From assembly GCA_001949185.1 (NCBI GenBank), contig BDGG01000002.1, positions 6,748,448 through 6,812,447 of the forward strand: a stretch of 64,000 nucleotides of DNA, given 5' to 3'. Positions 1 to 10,800 of the stretch are shown in pieces (position 1 is the stretch's first letter; the number at the start of each line of letters is the position of its first letter). This DNA is from Ramazzottius varieornatus (taxonomy: Eukaryota; Animalia; Tardigrada). Position numbers and translations under genes: made by a program. A model generated the notes under the pieces. It searched no databases. It was not told the DNA's origin and was given only the letters and a program-made list of their open reading frames with translations.

Positions 1-22
1 AAAACGCACTGACACGCGTCAG

Positions 23-336
23 GTCCTGGCGGTTTGTTACCTCGTCATCTTGGTATACAACAATAAGCCCAGTCAAACCTGGGTGAGCAAGTGGGCAGTA
101 TCGCAAAGACCGAACGTAAGTTGTCCCGCCGCTCACCATGAAGACCTGTAAGCAAACACAGGCCCGTGGTGGCAGTCACAGAAATGTGACATGGGTCCAC
201 CTCGGCCAGTACTACGTCGCTAAATACCCTGATCTTTCTGTTTCTTCTTCTTTCCTGTCAAACTCAGCAGATGCAAAAAAGCACGCACGACCAAACGTTG
301 AAGTCATCTTTAGAGGTTGTCTGCTCTTGGAATAAA
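23..336 (+). other. Possible 3' end of an unidentified convergent gene entering from the left edge
   Basis: Branch-like ctgac plus cag at 9-22; open 31-codon exon 23-115 (VLAVCYLVILVYNNKP...); donor gtaagt at 116; strong polypyrimidine tract ending in tcag at 267; AATAAA at 331. No recognisable family, and an open minus-strand exon is also possible here. Confidence 0.3.
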
Positions 337-364
337 TACAAATACAAATACAAAATACAAATAC
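331..364. repeat. (AAATAC)n microsatellite
   Basis: aataaatacaaatacaaatacaaaatacaaatac, about 5 imperfect units. Confidence 0.8.
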
Positions 365-453
365 GCTATGACAGTCCTGGGCGGAGCGCAGTGAGTAAAA
401 TATGCCCATATTCTAGAGATACCAAACACCAGGAACCCTGCATATAACAGTTT

Positions 454-3400
454 CTATATGCTAATGGAGTTCGGGATGCCGTCGGGATCCAGCCATGGAT
501 AAGGGAACTTGGTGTGTGGAGATTGGTTTCTTTTCCGGATGGCCTCCGATATACTTCGAAGATCCTGACGGAGCTGTTTTGCAGCGGAGACACTAACTGG
601 ATCGTAAAGGTACTGCACTTCGAAGTCTCCCAGCGCCTGGGTTCCCCTAGAGCTGAGTAACCGTGTCACTACCATGGTGTCCAACGTCACGCTTCTTGAG
701 GGTAACTGGTCGAAGATGTTTTTCTCCGTGAACCCAACCTACAACAATAAACAGAGCGACGACTTGGGCGGGATATGCATGTATGACAGTGGTGAAGTCA
801 TTTGAAAAGTACTTTCTGCGTTGGAACTTGTCCACAAAGGATCCCAGGATAGTTCGGCGGAAACCCATATCTGTTAGAAGCAAAATTATCGGCCAGTCAG
901 ATGCCAAAACTTCTCACACTGGCTCACTTACTCGTCGTACTGGTTGAAGTTCGCAGCGGCGTGACCCAGGCTACATGTGCTGATTATAGCAGTCATCGTA
1001 ACGATAATTTGTTCCACGTCTGTGAACTTTCCGTTACCGGGAACACCCTAAATTGACAGATCTCTTCTGCTTACGTTCCGGGTGCCAGGTAAGCTCTAGG
1101 CATTTCGTACCCTTATGCCACAGCCTCCTCGTTTCTTCGATTTCACGAGCTCAGCAGCCCAGCTTTGAAGTTCGCCGTCCTCCTCAACCTTTTCAGGAGA
1201 ATCTGCAAACAATAAATATCACAGCCATACATCCTGATAGAAACTGGTACGGTTTCGTAATTGAAACTGATACAGTTTGGTAATTGGTGAAAAGCTTAGC
1301 CAATCCGAGCAGGTACAAACCGTAAAAATGCTCGACCATCGATTTTACATATTTCTCGATCGCCTCATAGACTGCTACAGCGTCATCCCGATAAGGATAG
1401 TACGGCAAAACAGTTTTATCCAGCACCTACAAACAACAAACAAGAAGGTCATCGGTATAGAGATGAACCTCGAAAGTTCAAATTTTGGTTAAAAACGAAA
1501 TACAATTTTAAAAGAAGAAAGCGAGGGATTCTCACCCCTCTTCGCGCGATTTCTACAGCTGGTACAGCGTGAACATCTAGTCTCCAGGCTTTCACTCTGC
1601 AAAGCACTAATGTAAGATACAGTCTCAGTACCAAGGGAGGCGAGTCAAAAAGTGACGATTCAGCTATGAAACAACGTACCCTCGTTTCACGATCTCGAAC
1701 ATCCCATTGCAGCCCATGGTTGTCGTTTTGTCCACCCATCCTCCAGGGTTTATCAGCTTCTGGAGTCCCCGGCTGAAAGGCCAAACGAGATTACCTCTAT
1801 AGGCATCGGTACTTTCTTGACAATCAGACAACCCGGAAGTGAAAGTAGCGCTTACGTATTGATGGCTAACAAGAAAAGAAAATGTGGAGCGAGAAGTTTG
1901 AAGAGTGGATGTGAGGGGGATAGGTTCCGATGAGTGCACACGGCAATGCCTTCCATCATCAAGTGCGTGAAACCTGTTGAATACATATAAAGTCAATTCT
2001 TGATGCAGATGGGTATAGTTTCCGAGAATGACAGGCAACTTTGTAACTTTAATTTACCAAGATGTGTACACGACTGGTGATATGCTGCGTCGGCATTATT
2101 GTACCACATTTTTGCCAAGAGCCACCTGGAAGTAGCGAACAGATTCTTGATAACACAATGACCAACTCCAGTATCCGACTAACAGCTTCTGAAGAAAAAG
2201 TACTTACGCATAAGGTGGGTCCGTTGGGTAGAACACCTGTGGTTTTCACAAGAATTAGACTGGAGTATTGCTAAAAACTGCGAAGGAGTGCCGTACCGGG
2301 TTATCACCGCTTGGTATCTGGAACAGTTGGATGCAGAGAGGAAGTAAGTCTTGTCTCTTTTCGTCCAGGTAAAATAGCGCTATGGGCGAACACACCTATA
2401 AAATCAATTTGTTGGCGCAACCTCTACAATCTGAGCGTGTACGGAACATCGATGATTTGAAACCTTGCTTACTTTCCGTCCTTCGGGGCAAGGCAGGTTA
2501 CCGAGTATCTTCAAGTCCACTATGAATATCCTTTGGGCTTTCACCGCGCTATCGAGACTCAGCCCGCCAAGAAGCTCCTTGACCACATCGGGATCAACGT
2601 TCAAGCTGAAATAAATAAAACCATTGCAAGCTGAAAGATTAGCGTCACACATATGAAGAGGCTCGATGAGTACTTCGGCGGGATCCTGGTTGCCAGTGCC
2701 AGAAGAACCGGGTTACAGCCTTGCAGACGCTGTATCGCAAACCAGAGATCATTGGTCCAGTTCCTCATACTGATGGGCACGCCCATGGTGCTCGTCTGCC
2801 TGTACAGTTTCTTCAGGTCCCCGAAAGATTCGAAATATTCTCGAACTCCGCTAACGGCAGACAGTACCCTACTTTCCTTTAGCAGATTCATTTTATTGAC
2901 GACAATATCCCACTAAACAGAAAGACAAAATTGTTGCAGAAGAGAAACCAACATTTCGGGGGTCGAAGAGAACATACTTTGTATGAGTCCGAAAAGGATT
3001 CATCTTCCGGTAGCTTTTTCACTTGTGCCGGTGCTCCAGAAAAGTTCACGGCATACTCGTAAAGTCGTTTCTTCGAGAGTAGCTCTTCGTTCCGCTGTTC
3101 GGGACAGTCATCGTATTGTGGAAGGGATGTGTCGTAGTGGCGGAATACATATCGGGTGTCCGCTTTGATCCAGCTACGAAGTAGGTAAATATTTACTGCT
3201 TCCGCGCAGTCCGTACGTGTGCACGTATATGACGATGCACCCCCATAGGGGATTGCCCATTCTGCGAAACCGAACCGGACTGTACTTCACGTGTACATTG
3301 TCGTACCACGCGGATGCAGCGAATATTTACAGTACTGTATTAAAGAAGTGATTTTCTCGGTTTGATTATGAATTATGTCTTTGGTGGATCTCTTACCGCT

Positions 3401-3886
3401 GCGCCGGAAAATGGAACATTTGCTTGGTCTTATTGTTTTCAATGGTTATGAGGTCCAAGTACCTATAAGGAATAGACACGTGTTACCTGGTATTGGTATT
3501 TGACAGAAGCTGGAAAAGGCACCCACCAGTTGTCTCCAAGTCCGAAAGAGTCCCTCCAGAGCTCCAGCTTATCAATATCGCTGAAGTCGAAGGATAGCTC
3601 GGACAGACCCATTGGAAAACTGTCGATCTGACCGCGTTCGTGGTCATTCTTCCAGAAACGGGAGAGCTTGAGCTCATTCGAGACCTGACCTTCTTTACTT
3701 ATCAGCCTGATTTTCACTCTAGAAGAAAAATAGGTCATGGTATCAAAACACAGAAAGTGGAAATTCTCAACCACCGGAAGAAACGGCAAACGGAAGGACT
3801 TACGTGGCATCGGTGCCGGCTCCTTTCCGATCCCCAGTTTTCACGTGTACCGTATAAGGTGAAATTGAGCTAGACGAGTTCCCCAT
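454..3886 (-). CDS. Arachidonate-type lipoxygenase (N-terminal PLAT/LH2 domain + catalytic LOX domain), multi-exon
   Basis: Start MGNSSSSISPYTVHVKTGDRKGAGTDA (PLAT). Spliced WLLAKMWYNNADAAYHQSCTHLG|FTHLMMEG...HPLFKLLAPH, HAAANFNQYD and C-terminal YPWLDPDGIPNSISI*. All five iron ligands (3 His, Asn, terminal Ile) are present. Confidence 0.95.
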
Positions 3887-4813
3887 AGTGGAGTAGAGGA
3901 ACAATCAATGAGCTCCAAAACCAGATGGTCGAAAGGAACTTGGAACTCTGGACTACGAGATAATAGTAAATGTGTTCGAGGGACTGCAGTTCCCTGTGCG
4001 ACGCGACTGAAAGCGTTACGCTTTTCCGGCTGGTTGCTCTTTTGGCTGGTTGCTCTTTTGGCTGAAGGGTATCGTATACTCATTTGGAGCGGAAGTCGGT
4101 CGATGGTACTATGTAGCACGTCGTTTGCTTACTCTAGCAGCGCACTGTGATATTGTCGGCTATTGTTTGACCATCATGGAAGTCATTGGTATGCTTGCAT
4201 TTGCAAACATGGAACAATAACCCCATGAATTTTTTCCATAGCAGTGTTGGACTGGCCATTGTAAGATACACGAATTTACGACCAATATTGACGCAGAACA
4301 ACGCGAGCTGTAATGTGCAGTCGGATGGAACGGGCGAGGTGCTTTGGGTGAATTCTATAAGAAAATTTTGTGAAAGGAACGATGCCGGCATATTTACGGC
4401 AACAATAACAAGAAAATTAAAACACCTAATGATAAAATAGTTAAGAAATGAAATGCACTGAAAGGAGAGACAGCATTAGGGACACCGATGTTTGTCAAGA
4501 GTACAACTAAGGAACACGCTTTCATCAGCGGTTGAGAAGGCAGTGAAGGATTCGAATACTCTGTTTTCCGGTTGTCGCAGTTTGGAGAACTGGGACACAA
4601 CCAAATGCGTTTTTCAGAGAGCGATACAACTGGACTTTGGTATAAAAACTTTCTTGGAAGACGTTCTTCGACCGGGATGGGGGAACTGCTCTCGTTTTGT
4701 TTCTTCTTCCATGAGAACTTACAGTAGACTTAGGGCAAGGGTTTTGGACCTTCAGTGAGTATTCATCACCTTACTTGGGCATACCGAGGTCTCCCATCCG
4801 GCAAGGCACCGTT

Positions 4814-7800
4814 CTACGTAACGCACCGTTCGCGGCCACATGGTTTGGTGTTTGGAGGTTTCAGAGACTGTTTACAGAAGGACGGAGCAAGTTGAAGTTG
4901 CTCTTTGGCGTGGACGCAGTGAACATCGCGTGATGAGATTCCACCGCCGCAGGTCTTTGAGCACTGCCAAAGCGCATAGTGAGTTATCTAGATCGCACCA
5001 ACGTCACTTGGGATGTAGAAAAATGAGCTGAACCAGATCGCCACTTTGGAAAACGATCTGGATCGATCCATCTGCCCATGTCTCACTTGTTCTGATCGAG
5101 CACTCGGAAAAAAGTTGCCCTAGGACGATATTGAAACTTACCGGAGACCATTTGTCAACCTTCCAAGCATAGGAAGAGCACTTTCCGTATGTGCACGACG
5201 TACGCTCCTTCGGTCTGGTTCGAGTATCACATCTGGGAAAACATTAGCGATCAGACTATACTTATATCGTCTTATCCATCGCCAAGTACAATATACTTGC
5301 CTGTAGGGAGACTCTACCGGATGCCATATCGTCTGCCCGAACTCATCCACCTTATGACAGTTAACTCGCCGCCACCGCTGTCCCAAATCACATGTTCGCG
5401 AACCTGTCGAAGTGTCCGATTAGGTCAGTGGAATAAAATGGGCTTCAAGAGAACGTACAGTCCGACCAATCGCCGGCTATCCATCGGAAGGCGCAGGCTT
5501 TTCCTGTTCGGCAGATCTTGGACGCAGCAGGCTGCTTTATCCGGGCACCCAATGCCAGTCGGCACCGCATGGGGGGTACCGACGTTCTGTTTAGTACAAG
5601 GACGCAGTCCACCGTCCGCGACTGCTTCCTGGTATCACAGCTGGTAGAACAGACTGACCACTTGGAGATCGACCATCGAACAGGTGCCGACAGACCAGGG
5701 CAGGAGTAAACCTCGCAAGACCGCCGTTCTTTAGGCTTGTGTCCTCGACAAAGACTGTCGTCGACCCGTGTCATCGTTGCTTGGAACAGCTGGTTTAGTC
5801 CTCCTTGAGCACAAACAATCTCTCGGCTTCGGTAACCAACTCCGCAGCTCGTGGAACACTGAAAAGTTCAAACGAGTCTCTGCGTAATTTTCTTATCAAT
5901 TAGTTTGCAAGAAATATTTTCAAAAGGTAAAAGTGGCAATTGCGTTAATGTTTACATCACAGAATTAATATGCTCAGTTTTAGTGAAAAAAAAGAGCATT
6001 TGATTTGGAGATACAGTATCATCGAACCTCAGACCAAGGCATCACGCGCCACTTTGGGCAGACTTCCATCCGGCATTGTTCGACAGATACCGGTTTGTCT
6101 TCTTCCAGACAGAACGTTGAATTGACTTCCTTGTGCTCGTCCAATGGGTTGACACAGAGAACCTGGCGCTCCTTCAGCCCCGTTCCGCACGAACCAGGAC
6201 TTGTGCACTGTAAAAGAAAACCCCATCATGATGTATCGTTTCATTGGTCGATAAGCAAAGACATTGAAGAGCGCAGTGAGCTAACTGGCCAGCGTTGTCT
6301 GGGTTCGCTGTTTGGCACACGTGCGGAGTACCCAAGTACCCAAACACGAGCCAAACGTTTGCACCGAACCGCGAGCTATGTGTTAGAGCAGTCCGTGTGT
6401 AACAGAGTTAACAGATGGGCGGACCCCGTGAAACAACAAGCGATCAATTTAGGTGCTTTGTGGGTAATTGTGAGTGGCAGCTCCACTTCTGCATCAAGTG
6501 GGAGCATCGATATGGCACCGATGCTCCCAGTCAACGATTTGAGCCATGTTGGCGAAAACCTGATCATGTCTTTAGACAGAGCTTCTGGCCTATCTTGTGT
6601 ATGACTTTTGTACATATCTGGGGTTGAGTATTAACGCACAAATGTTTCGTTTCGACAGTTACAAAATGGTTCAGAAGAAGAAGTACGACAAAAAGGCACC
6701 TGCTGAGATAGTTGGAGGCAGTGAGAAAATCACAGATGCATTTCAGTGAGTAAATGCAGTTCATGAGTCACTATTTTCCCTCCGTCGCCGCCTACGTTTT
6801 TCTGTTTCAGTGGGACGACGTGAGAGTTTGCTGTCGGAAAACCCAGTGCCTAAAAGGTTACGACCAGCAAGTCTACTGCGCGCTCTACGAGTTGTTCTCT
6901 TTACCGGCGACCACGATCCAGCCAGCCATTTTCCCAGTTGAGGTCGGCGATTGGTCCAGTCGGTCAGAGAAGGATTGCTTGGTGAGTCCAGGGGTACGGA
7001 CGGGGAGTCGTCTAAGCAACGTTCGTCAGAGCAAGCCTGGGAGTTTTCGGGCCTCGAAATGGCTCGACAGTGGTAGTTGGACATGTGAGATCCTCGGCTG
7101 TCTATGCACTGGACGATCCGGCGTTGCCTACATCCCGCAGACGTTTTATCGCACTGAAAGTAAAAGCAACTTTTCACATAAGCAGATCTATCATAGGATG
7201 TAAAGAAGGTTGTCACACACTACGTCACAACACACATAGCTGACAAGATTGTTTTGCCAAATGGTGTACGTTCTCAGTGTTAATAGCCGAGAGAGTGCGC
7301 CACTTGGAAAAAATAACGATCTGGTCAAGTTTATTTGCCGGGCTCCCAAATACGGAAATTAATTCCACTGAAACCATCAGAAGCTTTGTTTTTAATGAAA
7401 CAATCATCCCAAGATACCACCTCGAAGTGCCACTATTAAATTGCTAAACTGAAAATTTGATGTCCGCATTTCAAATTCAGAGATGGGATAGTGTACTACT
7501 TTCATTTGCTTCAGAGTATTACGTTGAGGACCTACCTCTGACCACCTTCCGACGATCCATTCCGGACAAGCTTGCTCATTACATCTCGTGATGTTCGCAG
7601 GCCGACTGGATGCATCACACCCTTCGGACTCTCTCATGGAACTTTCAGGTGCTTGGCAGACAACCAGACGCAGCTTCTGCCCTCCGTTACAAGACTTCGA
7701 ACAGCGTCCCCATCCTCCCGTTATCCACACTCCACGTCTCGGGGCCGTGGAGGAGTGCACAGTGGTGGTTCGCACATCCGTGGCAGGAGGCTTTGTGACT

Positions 7801-10800
7801 TTGTCAGCATTTCTCTTGTAGTTGTAGTAGTTCTCGTACTTGACTTCCGTGAGGGAATGCCCTTGACCACTTTCGTCGAGACCGTTGTCCACTACGCGCA
7901 TCATGCTCTGTGTTTCGCAGGTTGGCAGGTCGGAACACCTTTGATGTTCCATTGGTCTGGTGTTCTTGTCGCACTCGCTTTCATCCTTGATCACTTTGTG
8001 ATTCACGACGCAGGCAACGTATCTTCGTTGCATGGAACCACCAAGCCCGTCATCGCATGTTGCCGTGCCTGCCAAATAAGATTTAGATCCAACAAGTTCT
8101 GGATAAAACTCAAATTCAATATTGTTCTTATTCATTCTTTTCTCCTGTCATATATTGATATCTTTTATTCGCACCCTCTCACTTGTTAGTGTGAAATTAA
8201 TTATATTTCGGGAAAAAGATCGTGTGGGGAATGTCTTACACGATCCCCATTCGCCAAACTGCCACGCGCCGCACTCAGCTTGGGCGCACTTTTCGCGTTC
8301 ATGAGGTTTCGGAAGATCCACACAAGCCACATGTGCCAAATACTCGCCGCTGTTGATCCCTCTGCAGCCCACTGATCTGTACTTCTCGCCAACACCACAC
8401 GTCTTTGAGCAAGCTGTCCAGGGCCCAGTTGCCCATTCAACTTCCAGTCCTCCCGGCTGAGCTTTTGGTAGTGCATGGACCATCACAGGCGGACGAGGAA
8501 CCGGTGGCGGCCGCGAGATAGGTGGCGGTGGACACGGGACATCCGGGCACCGAACAGCAACCGCTGGTTTCTTTAATGGATCGCAGAACGAGTCTTCGGT
8601 CTCGGTCCCTTCAGAACGGAGCAGACACTTGACAGCTCTGCGCATCACACCTGGACCACACGTCATCGAACACGTACTCCAAGCTCCCACTGTAACAAAG
8701 TAAAACATTCAGGCGAAAAGGCAGACGTCACCTAGGCAAACAGACCCGACAAGATTGTTCTCCCAACTGGCGCACGCTTTATGCCCAATGACGAAGACGT
8801 GCGCCACTCAGGAAAACGATTCGGTCGAGTTGGCTTGCCAAGCGAAACCCTCCATTAATAGTTACCCGTCCAATCAGCAGCACACGGTTGTGGGTTACAG
8901 TTCCGCTGGACAGGTTCGGGAGTTTGATGGAAGGAACAGTTGTATGGCGGGACGGACTGGCTTGTAGTCAGGTCCACACAGATAGACGACCGGCTTTGGT
9001 ACCCTCCACCACAAGGTCGACTACATTCTGACCATGCCGTATACCGCCATCCTACGACCCTGCAACTACCTGTGCAAGGTATTTCATCCGCCGGTTTGGG
9101 TTCTGCCAGTTCGTTGCACTTTTCCAAATCCACTTCCTGAACTCTCGGCATGGAACTGCGCTGGTCCTGCGAGGAAAGGTTGTCCTGGTACCACAGGTGA
9201 GTTTCGCCATGTCGCTGTCTTTCCGGCTCGTCCTCCCGAAGACAGCGAATCCTTCGACGAATTTTCCCTACTTCGTTGCATGCAGCATCACACTGTGACT
9301 CAGGGTCCTCGACCACGTCCCATCGAAGTGTACAGAGTTCGTTACATGGTCGGCTCTGCTCGGCAGGCTTCTCCTGCCCCATGCAGTTGCCAGTAGGAAC
9401 TGGGTGGCGGTCCATCTTCCGCACACAGACAAAACCCTTGTACTGCGTTCCTGTAAACACCATATGCAATTTTTTTCTGTTTTCCCTTGCAATGTTACAC
9501 TATGGGGGCAGGTGTGCGTTCACCTCTACATTCTTTGCTGCAGGGATTCCAAGAGCCCATCTCGGAATCCCATCGATACTCGTCGCCAACTGAGATCATG
9601 TATGAGTAGTAAATATCCGGGGGATACAGCTCTCCGACCGTTAATACCTGTCCAAAGAGACAAAAACATCATTGGTAATTTTGGTGAAATTTATGGCCAG
9701 TCTCATTAGCAGAAGCAACGAGTCGATCATATTACATTAAGATCCAAGAAACGCTGCTTAAAATTCTCGTCTGTGTCTTCATAACTATAAGTTACTCTTG
9801 CGCGCTGCCTTTGAGGTTCTGGCTAGAGGTCGTTAGATAAGACCAGGTGGATAACAAGAGATGATGAACCGTCAATGAAGTATAAAATTACGACACATAC
9901 GTAAAGAGAGAGGGCTTCTCCAATGGCATGGGTGCTGTTGATGCGCTCTACAATGGTGTCTGAACCGGTGTAATCAATCACTGCATTCTTCACCGGAATT
10001 TCTTTGCGGAATATCGAGACGATGAAATCGCCGTTGAACAGGTAGACGCCTTCGGAATTTGTCAGCGCTGGAAAACAAGATCATTAATAAAGTTTCGTCC
10101 GACGACAGGCGCGTGTGTAGGCATGAAGTGTCGCTACCCACCGAGATAATTGTAGTCATCCTTCATTCCTTCATAGGCATGTTGGCGAATATCGATATTC
10201 GATGCGCCCATCGGAATTGTGGTGACAAAATTGTACCCTAGAAATGCAATCAGAAGTAACCTTCCAACCTATGTCGCAACCAGAGTCTGCCACTAAAAGT
10301 TTGATTCCACCGTTAACTTAATAAATCCTTCTTTGATAGCGATAGAAAGCACATAAATTTACAAGTCAGTTTTCGCAATAAATCTGAAATTAATTCATAC
10401 CGTAATTTCTCTCGTTGTAAGTTCCGGCAACCGTCCGGCAGGTAGAGTTGTCGCCTCCGCAGACATTGCACGTATCGCGACTCATCAGCGAATCCAGTTT
10501 CCCGTCGCAACCAGCTTTCTGCATCCAAAATTACACACACCGTCACCACAGTTTTTGTATTCAATCTCAAATTGACGACCTCATCCAAGATAAGGTTCGT
10601 CATCAAATGATTCTTATCGCGTACCTTACAAACGCCGTTGACACAGATATCCGAAGGATCAGGACCGCAGGATGTTCCGTCGATAACCTTCTCCTTCAGC
10701 AAGAAGAACTTACTGGTGCCGTCCACTTTGCAGTACAGCTTGCACTTTTGGCGATTCGTCTCTACCATAACAAGCGGTAAATCTGGTGACGCAGTATCGA

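Noticed and set aside
6046-6057. gcgccactttgg half-sites (also 21615, 24349, 36425)
   Set aside because: No partner arm at 25 nt; some lie in coding sequence (e.g. PKWR codons)
6005-6604. Long plus-strand ORFs over ADAMTS (also 7572-8189, 10638-11204)
   Set aside because: Antisense shadows of real exons
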